Source: Pseudomonadota bacterium
Lineage (GTDB): Bacteria > Myxococcota_A > UBA9042
Direction of reading: 5' to 3'
Length of the DNA: 64,000 nt
NCBI GenBank assembly: GCA_041163625.1
Contig: JBEARB010000253.1
Location: 11,034-75,033 of the forward strand
In this document: piece after piece, positions 1-7,892 of the stretch
Layout of the letters: every line of letters starts with the position of its first letter
Position numbering within the stretch: the stretch's first letter is position 1
Program-made: the position numbers and the translations under genes
Notes under the pieces: generated by a model
The model's input: only the letters and a program-made list of their open reading frames with translations
Told to the model about the DNA's origin: nothing
Database searches by the model: none

Positions 1-3000
1 GGCCGCGGCGCGGGTGGCGACGCGCTCGAGCTCGCACCACGCCTCGGCGCGGTGGCGGGCGCGGCTGCCGCGGTCGGCCGCCAATCGGTAGAGCGGGAGC
101 GCGGCACGGGCGCGGCCCTCGGCGACGGCGACGCGTGCCTCGTAGAGGACCGAGAGGCGGCCGGCGGGCGCGGTCTCTTCGAGCTGTTGCTGGGCGAAGC
201 GCAGATCACGCACCAGCGCGGCACGCTGCGAGGCCGTCAACGGCGCGGTCTTCTCGGCGACGGTCGGCGTGGCCGCAGGCGCCGTGCCGGGCAGCGCGGG
301 CGCGGGCGCCGACCCTGCCGCGGGCAACGCCGGTGCCTCGGCCGTCGAGGGTGGGGTGGCCGCATCTGCAGCAGCGCCGGCGGTCGCCTTCAGCGGGATG
401 CCGTCGAGCTGCACTGCCGGGGCGAGCTCGGACCAGGCCAGCTTGGCCAGGCGCTCGGCAGCGCTGACGTCGTTGGGGGCCAATTCCACCAGGCGGCGGA
501 GCATCGCACGCTGGCCGGCGGCGTCGAGGCTGCCGGACTTGCGGGCCAGCACCAATCGCGTCGCGAGCAGCGTGGCGTTGCGGGGGTCGATGGCGAGCGC
601 CGCGTCGAGATGGGCCTCGGCCTTGCCGCGGGTCTCCGCGTCGGTCGCGAGCGGGCGCGCCGCGGCGATGCGCTGCGCGACGCCGTCGCAGGTGCCGTCG
701 GATGCTGCGATCATCGCCTCGGCGAACGCGGCGGCCTTCTTCGACGCACCGCGCGCGGTGGAGGCCTCCATCGCGAGGTACCACGCGCTGCATTGAAGGA
801 CGCCGGGCGGGGCCGCGCCCGCCTTGGGCTCGACGCCGCGCACCGCCCCGAAGGCGCCGGCGTTGTCGCCTGCGTCGAAGGCCCGCTTCCAGCTCGAGAG
901 CGCCTTGTGTGCCGCGGCAGTCTCGGCCGACGCGGTCGCCGGCAGCTTCTGCGCCACGAGCCTGCCGATCTGCGCCGGCGTAGGCTGGAAATCGCGGTCG
1001 AACCGCTTCAGCTCCTTGCCCAGCCACGCGGCGAATTCGCCGTCGACCGCGGAAGCGCTCTTGCCGTAGACCTGCTGGATCAGCTGCTCGGTCGGCTTGC
1101 CGCTACGGTGCGCCGCGACGAGCTTGCGCAGCTTGTCAAAGCCGTAGGTCGCGTCGAGGAAGCGCACCAACCACATCGCCTGGTAGTAGGCACCGACGAT
1201 GTCTTGCATCGACCGCGCCTGCGAAAACGCGAGGTTGAAGGTCGCGATCGGGCTCAGCTGAGCGTCGCGGGCGCGATCGTAGAGCTGGCGCTCCATCACC
1301 ATGTGGTAGCGCGGGTCGAGCCACGCCGACTCCATCATCGCGAGGCCCTCGGTCAGCCAACGTGGCACGCGCCCCTCGGTCGCCTGAATGTGGAAGACGT
1401 GCGCCATCTCGTGGTGCAGGACCATCTTCCAGTTGAAGGGCGCCTCCATCGGCGAGCGGCTGGTGATCAGGTGGCCGAAGCAGACCGCGTGGGCACCGAG
1501 GCGCGGCAAGCCGACGGTCCGCACGCTGAATTGCTCGGTGGTCGGGAAGATCTCCACCCGCAGCGGCGGCTTGGCCTCCATCGCGTAGCGCTTGGCGAGG
1601 GTGGCGTAGCTCTCCTGCAAGAAGGGCAGCACCGTCCGCTCGAGCGCGCGGCGGTCGCGGCGGTGGACCCGCAATTCGACCGATTTTCCGGGCAGCAGGA
1701 CCATCTGTCGCAGGACGCCGTCGTAGAGCACGTTGAGCAGGTTGGCGGTGCGGACGTTGAAGGGATCGTTTCGGAAGGCCGTCTCGAGATGCTCGAGCGC
1801 CTTGACGTCGTCGGCCACCCGGGACCACGCCAAGCCCAGCTGCGCGTGCGCCTTCCACAGCTCCGGATCACGCTTGAGCGCGGCGAGCAGCTCGGCGCGG
1901 ACCTCGTCGTAGCGATGCGCCTGCTCGAGGTATTGCGCCGCCACCAGATGCGGGATGCCGTCGGTAGGGTCGAGCTTGTGGGCCGTGGCGAGGGTGCGCT
2001 TGGCGGTCTTGGCGTCGTCGAGCAGACGGGCCCACGCGTAGCGGACGGCGAGGTAGTCCGGTGCGGTCGATGCGATCGCGGCCGCCTTGTCGAGCCAGCT
2101 GCCGGCTTCCTCCATCGCCTCGTCGTGGATCGCGACCTCGGCGCGGGCAACCAGCGCGTGTGGCGCCCGGGGCGAGGTCTTCAGCAGCGCGTCGAGCCGC
2201 TTGCGGGCACGGGCGACGTCGTGGTCGCTGTCGAGATCGATGCGCGCCATGCCGACGATCGCGGACTCGTCGTGCGGGTCGAGTTTGAGCACCCGCGAGA
2301 ACGCGGTGTCGGCGTCGCGGAAATTGTACTTGTCCAGGAAGAGCCAGCCCCACACGCGCTCGACCTGCTTGCGCTCGGTCTTCTCGGCGACCGCTTCACT
2401 CGCGTCCGCGAGGACCTGGTTGGCGTCCTTGAAGAAGCCGTTGGCGGCGAGCGACTCCGCGGTCGCGACCATCTCGGCGACCGAGGTGATCTTGCCGGCA
2501 CCGTAGAGGTCGGCGATCGGATCCAAGATCTTGCGCGCCGCCATGTCCTGACCGACGGCGTAGAGCGCCCGGCCGTAGAGCACCCGCAGGGCCAGGTCCT
2601 GCTTGAAGCGAGCGACCGCCTTGGTCAGCAGCTTGACGGCCAGTCGCCGGTCGCCGTCCTCGAGCTCGAGCCGGGCGAGCACGGCGACGCAGGCGGCAGC
2701 GTCGCAGCCGGCGAGCACCTTGCGGGCATCGGCGCGGCGGCCGACGAAGCGCAGCGCTCGGCCGAAATCGGCCATCTCTTCGGGGCTGCGGTCCTTGACG
2801 TTCTCGAGCAGCGCGACGACGGCGTCGTAGCGACCGTGCAGCGCGTGGTCGGCCGCCTCGCGGGAGCGCGCAGTGTCGGTGCGGGGCGTACCGCCGAGCG
2901 TGCCGGCGGCGGCGGGACCGGCCGCGAACGCGAGCGCGGTCGCGACGGCGAGGGTAGCGAGCCGGGAGATCGAGCGGCTCAGAGGCCCTCGGCGATCTTC

Positions 3001-3003
3001 CAC
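1..3003 (-). CDS. Secreted TPR-repeat protein with an HExxH zinc-metalloprotease-like motif. The 3' end runs past the window start; the start codon is inferred as GTG near 3003.
   Basis: My own minus-strand translation (codon phase set by an ATG on the reverse complement of 1423..1425) reads through position 1 with no stop. It gives MEDRRGPLSRSISRLATLAVATALAFAAGPAAAG (signal-peptide-like), then many TPR-like helices and MVLHHEMAHVFH (HExxH) at ~1390-1425. This frame is missing from the supplied ORF track because no stop falls inside the window. The plus-strand ORF 52..3225 is a GC-rich antisense artefact. Confidence 0.55.
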   Translation of the reverse strand, partial: MEDRRGPLSRSISRLATLAVATALAFAAGPAAAGTLGGTPRTDTARSREAADHALHGRYDAVVALLENVKDRSPEEMADFGRALRFVGRRADARKVLAGCDAAACVAVLARLELEDGDRRLAVKLLTKAVARFKQDLALRVLYGRALYAVGQDMAARKILDPIADLYGAGKITSVAEMVATAESLAANGFFKDANQVLADASEAVAEKTERKQVERVWGWLFLDKYNFRDADTAFSRVLKLDPHDESAIVGMARIDLDSDHDVARARKRLDALLKTSPRAPHALVARAEVAIHDEAMEEAGSWLDKAAAIASTAPDYLAVRYAWARLLDDAKTAKRTLATAHKLDPTDGIPHLVAAQYLEQAHRYDEVRAELLAALKRDPELWKAHAQLGLAWSRVADDVKALEHLETAFRNDPFNVRTANLLNVLYDGVLRQMVLLPGKSVELRVHRRDRRALERTVLPFLQESYATLAKRYAMEAKPPLRVEIFPTTEQFSVRTVGLPRLGAHAVCFGHLITSRSPMEAPFNWKMVLHHEMAHVFHIQATEGRVPRWLTEGLAMMESAWLDPRYHMVMERQLYDRARDAQLSPIATFNLAFSQARSMQDIVGAYYQAMWLVRFLDATYGFDKLRKLVAAHRSGKPTEQLIQQVYGKSASAVDGEFAAWLGKELKRFDRDFQPTPAQIGRLVAQKLPATASAETAAAHKALSSWKRAFDAGDNAGAFGAVRGVEPKAGAAPPGVLQCSAWYLAMEASTARGASKKAAAFAEAMIAASDGTCDGVAQRIAAARPLATDAETRGKAEAHLDAALAIDPRNATLLATRLVLARKSGSLDAAGQRAMLRRLVELAPNDVSAAERLAKLAWSELAPAVQLDGIPLKATAGAAADAATPPSTAEAPALPAAGSAPAPALPGTAPAATPTVAEKTAPLTASQRAALVRDLRFAQQQLEETAPAGRLSVLYEARVAVAEGRARAALPLYRLAADRGSRARHRAEAWCELERVATRAAA

Positions 3004-3506
3004 GCCCCGTCCTCCCGGAGCAACTTCATCTGCGCGAAGTCGTTCCACATCTTGTACGACTCGCGGCCGCCTTCGGTGAGCAGCGCGCGCCCGAAATACT
3101 CGTATTGCGCGAGGGCGTTGTCGCCGTCAACCTCGATCGCGAGCAGCTTGATGCGGAACTGCACGCGCTTGACGTTCTCCCGCAGCTTCGGGAGCACGTC
3201 GGCCTGCAGGCGGTCGATGCCGTAGTCGTCCTTGTCGGTGTCGGTGGTGCCGCCGTTCTCGTAGTAGCGCTTGCTGATCAGCTTGCGCAGCGACTCGACG
3301 TTGCGGTCCTCGATCGCGCGGTGGTAGGCCACCAGGACGTTGTAGATCTCGCGGTTCTCGTCGGTCGCCGGGACCTTCTTGCCGACGTCGAGGTAGCCCG
3401 GACCGCAACCGGTGAGCAGGCCGGCCAGCAGCAACGTGCCGACGAGCGCGCGCGTGCCCGCGAAGGGCTGCGCGGCGCGGCGAGGGGTCATCGAACGAAG
3501 CATCAT
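2979..3506 (-). CDS. Small lipoprotein, NTF2-like/SnoaL-like fold (DUF4440-like).
   Basis: C-terminal 175 aa of track ORF 2979..4418(-): MMLRSMTPRRAAQPFAGTRALVGTLLLAGLLTGCGPG is a signal peptide with a lipobox. The rest (…YHRAIEDRNVESL…YEYFGRALL…) is typical of the NTF2-like superfamily. The start ATGATG lies at 3501..3506. Confidence 0.6.
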   Translation of the reverse strand: MMLRSMTPRRAAQPFAGTRALVGTLLLAGLLTGCGPGYLDVGKKVPATDENREIYNVLVAYHRAIEDRNVESLRKLISKRYYENGGTTDTDKDDYGIDRLQADVLPKLRENVKRVQFRIKLLAIEVDGDNALAQYEYFGRALLTEGGRESYKMWNDFAQMKLLREDGAWKIAEGL

Positions 3507-3637
3507 CTCGGCTCCCGGTTGGCTGGGCCCGTGGCCCTCGCGGTGGCGACCACGCCCCGCGTTGTCGTCGTTGCCGCGCGCGCCGTCAACTCTACAGCCA
3601 ACATCGCGGCGTGGCGACGCATTCCCCGCCCGCTCGA

Positions 3638-4387
3638 TCACGGCGGCGTGGTGCCCGGCGCGTGCGTCGGATTGGCGCGGCGTGCCCCTTCGTCCAGGTC
3701 CAGCTCGACCAGTCGATAGGGCGCGACGTCGAGGTGCAGGTGGTCTTCGTGGCCCGGATAGCCGGGCCCGAGCACGACGCGGAAGATCTGCCGCGCGGCC
3801 ACGAGCCGGCGGCCGAGGTCGTGCAGAAACGCGCGGTGCCGGGCGTCTGCGGGGCGATCGCTGCGCCAAGCGCCGCGAATTCGCACCTGGAACGCCCGAC
3901 GCAGCGGCGCCGGCAGCTTGGCCCGCTCGGAGCGTGGCGCGGGGCCGAAGTCGAAACCGGCGACGTCGATGCCGTTGGCCAGGCCGTGCTCCGAGAGCAG
4001 CGTCGGGTAGAGCCGGATGCGCCGGCAGTTGTAGGTCCCGATGTGGCGGATCTGCTTGGGCGCCCGTCCGTAGTGCTCGCGCGCGACTTCGGCGACCAGC
4101 TGCTCGAAGGCGCGCAGATGGGCGACGAAGGGCTCGGCGACCAAGACCGGGCTGTGGTAGCGCACGACGTCGCCGCGGTAGCGCACACGCGGGGTGCGCG
4201 GGCAGCGCGCCGGCCCCTTGGCCGGCATCTCCCGCAGCAAGCTGTCGAGCGGATAGCCACCCGGCCCGAGGTCGTACAGGCCGGTCTCGGGGTCGGGTGT
4301 AGGGGGAGCGGCCATGACGGGCCCGGCAGCGAAGGAGGCCGCCGTCAAGCCCGCGAGGCAGGTCCGAGCCCATCGCTCCGTTTGCAT
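3638..4387 (-). CDS. Secreted extensin-like C-terminal domain protein (COG3921 type).
   Basis: Internal ATG of track ORF 3638..4597(-). MQTERWARTCLAGLTAASFAAGPVMA is a signal peptide. The motifs LSEHGLANGIDVAGFDFG and GHEDHLHLDV are typical of bacterial extensin-family proteins. Confidence 0.6.
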   Translation of the reverse strand: MQTERWARTCLAGLTAASFAAGPVMAAPPTPDPETGLYDLGPGGYPLDSLLREMPAKGPARCPRTPRVRYRGDVVRYHSPVLVAEPFVAHLRAFEQLVAEVAREHYGRAPKQIRHIGTYNCRRIRLYPTLLSEHGLANGIDVAGFDFGPAPRSERAKLPAPLRRAFQVRIRGAWRSDRPADARHRAFLHDLGRRLVAARQIFRVVLGPGYPGHEDHLHLDVAPYRLVELDLDEGARRANPTHAPGTTPP

Positions 4388-4551
4388 CGTCACTCCATCG
4401 GCTTGCGCTCGGAGCCATCGCTGGCAGCGACGCACGAACCAGTCGAACCGTCTCCGCTCAATCGATGCAAGTCTCGTCGATGGCGCGCTATTCCATGCGA
4501 AGCGCCGATTTCTCGATGTTCGAGAGTGGCTGTGCGGGGCCGGTCGAATGC

Positions 4552-4587
4552 AAAAATGCCGAGGGGCCGGAAGAACCGGCCCCTCGG
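4552..4587 (-). terminator. Rho-independent terminator downstream of etfA (minus strand).
   Basis: Perfect 12-bp stem CCGAGGGGCCGG / CCGGCCCCTCGG with a 5-nt loop, at 4559..4587. It is followed on the minus strand by a TTTTT run (A-run on the plus strand, 4552..4556), 20 nt past the etfA stop. Confidence 0.7.
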
Positions 4588-4607
4588 ACGAAGACACGTC
4601 GGGAAGA

Positions 4608-5585
4608 CTAGCCGCGGGCGGCGAGCTTCTCGGCCAGCTCGGGGATCGCCGAGAAGGCGTCGGCCTTCAGCGAGTAATCCGCGATCTTGTGGATCGGCTC
4701 GTCGTCGCGGGTGTTGATCGCGACGATGACCTTGCTGTTCTTCATGCCGGCGAGGTGCTGAATGGCACCCGAGATGGCGACGGCGACGTAGAGCTGCGGC
4801 GCGACCACCTTGCCGGTCTGACCGATCTGGTAGTCGTTGGGCGCGTAGCCGTCGTCGACCGCCGCGCGGCTCGCGCCGATGGCGGCGCCCAGGGCGTCGG
4901 CCAGCGGCTCCATCACCTGCGAGAAGCCCTCGGCCGACTTCAGGCCGCGGCCACCGGCGACGACGACATCGGCCTCGTCCAGGCTCGGCCGATCCGAAGC
5001 GGTCGCGTCGAAGCTGACGAAGCGCGTGCGCGCGGCAGCGGCAGCCGGGTCGGCGGCGAACGCCTCGATGGCCGAGCTACCACCGCTGGCGGCGGCTGCG
5101 TCGAAGGCCGAGCCACGGGCGGTGACGCACCAGACGTCGGTGTCGATGACGACGTCGGCGAGCAGCGCGCCGGCCCACATCGGGCGACGGAAGCCGGGGC
5201 CCTCGCTGGTGTCGACGACCGCGACGACGTCCGACGCCATGCCGGCGCCCAGGCGGGCGGCGACGCGGGGCAGGATGTCCTTGCCGGTGGTCGAAGCGCT
5301 CATGGCGACGACGTCGGCGTCGGCAGCCTGCGCGATGTCGGCGATGACCTTGCCCCAGGTCGGGGCGAGGGGGTACGCGAGGTCGGCGTGATCGGCGACG
5401 TGGATGGTCTCGGCACCGTAGCCGGTCAGCGCGGCGGCGATGTCACCGACCCCGTGGCCGAGGACGGCGATGTCGATCGTGGCGCCCTTCTTGGCGGCCA
5501 GATCGCGGGCCATCTGCAGCGTCGTCAGGGTCGCCTTGCGCACCGTACCGTTGCCGTGCTCGGCAACGACGAGAATCTTGCTCAT
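4608..5585 (-). CDS. etfA: Electron transfer flavoprotein alpha subunit.
   Basis: 325 aa, MSKILVVAEHGNG…; the FAD-binding C-terminal region (…VAPQLYVAVAISGAIQHLAGMK…) is diagnostic of EtfA. Confidence 0.9.
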   Translation of the reverse strand: MSKILVVAEHGNGTVRKATLTTLQMARDLAAKKGATIDIAVLGHGVGDIAAALTGYGAETIHVADHADLAYPLAPTWGKVIADIAQAADADVVAMSASTTGKDILPRVAARLGAGMASDVVAVVDTSEGPGFRRPMWAGALLADVVIDTDVWCVTARGSAFDAAAASGGSSAIEAFAADPAAAAARTRFVSFDATASDRPSLDEADVVVAGGRGLKSAEGFSQVMEPLADALGAAIGASRAAVDDGYAPNDYQIGQTGKVVAPQLYVAVAISGAIQHLAGMKNSKVIVAINTRDDEPIHKIADYSLKADAFSAIPELAEKLAARG

Positions 5586-5615
5586 GTCGTGCTCCTGTAG
5601 CGTGCGCGGGCGCGC

Positions 5616-6371
5616 TTAGATGACGCGGGCCTCGGTGGCCAGCTTGGCGATCAGCTCGTCGACGTCGGCGACGGCGACACCAGCCGAACGACCGGCGGGC
5701 TCGTGCATCGCGACGACGCGGACCTTCGGGTCGAGATCGCCGATGTCGAGATCGTCGGGCTCGTACTCGTCCATCTCCTTCTTCTTGGCCTTCATGATGC
5801 CCGCGAGGCTGGCATAGCGCGGATCGTTCAGGCGCAGGTCGGCCGAGACGATGCAGGGCATGCCGATCGCGAGGGTCTCGAGACCGCCGTCGACCTCGCG
5901 GGTGACGATCGCTTCGTTGCCCTCGAGCTTGATGTCCGAGGCGAACGTGGCCTGCGGCCAGCCGAGCATCTCGGCGAGCAGCTGCGCGACCTGGTTGCTG
6001 TCGCCGTCGACGGCCTGCTTGCCGAGCAGGACGAGCTCGGGCTCCTCCTTCTCGATCACGGCCTTGAGGATGCGGGCGATGCCGTCCGAGTCGAGCTCGG
6101 CTTCTTCGGCCTCCACCCAGATGCCACGGTCGATGCCGCGGGCGAGCGCTCCCTGACGGATGAAGCGCTGCACCTCTTCGTCACCGATGCCGATCGCGAC
6201 GGTCTCGACGTCGTCGCCGGCCTCGGCGAGCTGGAGCGCCGCCTCGATCGCGTTCTCGCAGAACGGGTTGAGGATGAACTCGACGTCGTCGTCGATCCAG
6301 TTGCCGTCGTCGTTGATCACGAGCTTGGCGTTCGGATCGGTGACGCGCTTGGCGGTCACGAGGATCTTCAT
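5616..6371 (-). CDS. etfB: Electron transfer flavoprotein beta subunit.
   Basis: MKILVTAKRVTDPNAKL… is typical of EtfB. Start chosen at the internal ATG 6371 with GGAG 7 nt upstream. The gene sits directly upstream of etfA in the usual etfB-etfA order. Confidence 0.9.
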   Translation of the reverse strand: MKILVTAKRVTDPNAKLVINDDGNWIDDDVEFILNPFCENAIEAALQLAEAGDDVETVAIGIGDEEVQRFIRQGALARGIDRGIWVEAEEAELDSDGIARILKAVIEKEEPELVLLGKQAVDGDSNQVAQLLAEMLGWPQATFASDIKLEGNEAIVTREVDGGLETLAIGMPCIVSADLRLNDPRYASLAGIMKAKKKEMDEYEPDDLDIGDLDPKVRVVAMHEPAGRSAGVAVADVDELIAKLATEARVI

Positions 6372-6483
6372 GCAGCGCTCCCATAGCAAGGAAGGTGAGG
6401 CGGTCGTGCCGAGGAGGGGCGCGACCGGCCGGGAGTAAAGCCATCACGACGCACCGTGTCAATGACGGCGGTCGCGCGTTGGG

Positions 6484-7674
6484 CTACTGGCAGGTCTTCT
6501 TGTCCTTGTCGCACGTCAGGCCCGCGCAGCAATCGGAGGACGCGCCACAGGCCTTGTCCTTGGCATAGCAGGCGGTGCACTCGCCGCCAATCTGCCCCAT
6601 CTTCGGCCGCAGCGTGTAGTCGGGAGGGACGAGCTTTCCGTTGGACTCTTCGGACACGATGTAGCGCCAGTCGGCCGAATCGGTGGCCTTGTAGGCGCTC
6701 ACGCTGGCCTCCCAGGGCTTGCCGTCGTCCTGCACGAAGTCGAGCTTGCCGGCCGAGCGCAGGCGCGGCGTGAAGATCTGCTCGACCGCGGAGTAGCAGG
6801 TCTTGGTATCGGGGTTGCAGACGGTACCGGGCGGCAAGCGCGGATTGCCGCCGCTGTCGGCGTCGGTCGCGTACGAGATCGCGCACTTTTCGGCGACGCA
6901 CTTGGCGTTGGCGGTGCCGAGCGCCTTGGCGCAGTCCTCGTCCTTGCTGCACGGCGCGTCGAGGTCGAAGCGCTGGAACGCAATCCCGTCACAGGCCACG
7001 CTCGGAGCTGCGTCGTACTTCAGGTTCGCCTTCTTGACGGTCGCCGCCTTCTCGGGCGGACAGGCGATCTCCTTCATCTGCGCGTCGAGGCAGATGACGA
7101 GCGTCTGCAGCGAGGCCGTCTCGTTTTCGTAGCCGTCCGTGCCCTCGTGCCAGCCATCCTTGACCTCGAGCGTCACCTTGTAGTGGGAGTTGCGGTCGAT
7201 GAAGTCGGCCTGGAACTCTGCCTTGGTGTAGGAGCTCTTCCACTTGAAGGCCTGCTCGTAGGCAGTACAGCTCGGCTTGTCGGCACCGCCCGCCTTGGTC
7301 TCGTCGTCGCATTGGGTCTTGAGCGCGAGCAGGCGCGCCGTGTCCAGGCCGCGGCAATGCGGGAGCGGCAATCCAGCCGGACAATCGTCGAAGAGCTGCT
7401 TGAACCACTCCACCTGGGTCCCCGTGTCGGGAATCGTCTTTTCCGGTGTGCACGAGAGGCCGGCGAACAGCGAGTCGTAGGATTTTCCGGCCGACAGCGC
7501 CTCGAAGTCGTCCTTGCCGACGTCGCCGTAGAGGCGGAGAGCTTCGAAGTTCTCGACATCGAAGGGCATCAACATCAGGTTGAGGGACGTCAGCCGCGAG
7601 AGTTGACGCAGGTACGGGATCGTCACGAACACCTTCTCCGAGTAGTCGAGCGTCTCTCGATCCAACGTCCGCAT
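6484..7674 (-). CDS. Cys-rich hypothetical protein with a C-terminal knottin-like Cys spacing.
   Basis: Track ORF 6484..7791(-); internal ATG 7674 (MRTLDRETLDY…) preferred. The codon usage looks coding. The C-terminus CTACYAKDKACGASSDCCAGLTCDKDKKTC has spacing C-x6-C-x5-CC-x4-C-x6-C. No signal peptide is seen. Confidence 0.5.
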   Translation of the reverse strand: MRTLDRETLDYSEKVFVTIPYLRQLSRLTSLNLMLMPFDVENFEALRLYGDVGKDDFEALSAGKSYDSLFAGLSCTPEKTIPDTGTQVEWFKQLFDDCPAGLPLPHCRGLDTARLLALKTQCDDETKAGGADKPSCTAYEQAFKWKSSYTKAEFQADFIDRNSHYKVTLEVKDGWHEGTDGYENETASLQTLVICLDAQMKEIACPPEKAATVKKANLKYDAAPSVACDGIAFQRFDLDAPCSKDEDCAKALGTANAKCVAEKCAISYATDADSGGNPRLPPGTVCNPDTKTCYSAVEQIFTPRLRSAGKLDFVQDDGKPWEASVSAYKATDSADWRYIVSEESNGKLVPPDYTLRPKMGQIGGECTACYAKDKACGASSDCCAGLTCDKDKKTCQ

Positions 7675-7892
7675 GGTGTGACCGCAGAACTGGCCTGGCG
7701 TGCTTCGTAGACGACGGGCCGTGCAAAACGCCCGTCGCCGAGACAGATCTGGCACCTCGGCGCGAAACACCTGTTTCGTGATGAGACGCAAGCGCGTTCG
7801 ACAAAATACTTACACTAAAGACCCAGTGCCATTCTGTGCTCGTCGCGAACGTATCGTCATGAAGCAGCGCCCGGTGCGACGCCGGACCGGGA
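7675..7892 (-). promoter_or_regulatory. AT-rich intergenic region; likely promoter for the Cys-rich gene.
   Basis: A local GC drop (…acaaaatacttacactaaagacccagtgccattctgtg…) lies between two minus-strand genes. Confidence 0.3.

Noticed and set aside
52-3225. 1057-aa plus-strand ORF covering the start of the window
   Set aside because: Its translation is R/G/A-rich low complexity. The opposite strand encodes a protein with a signal peptide, TPR helices and an HExxH motif in a frame open to the window edge. This is a GC-rich antisense artefact.
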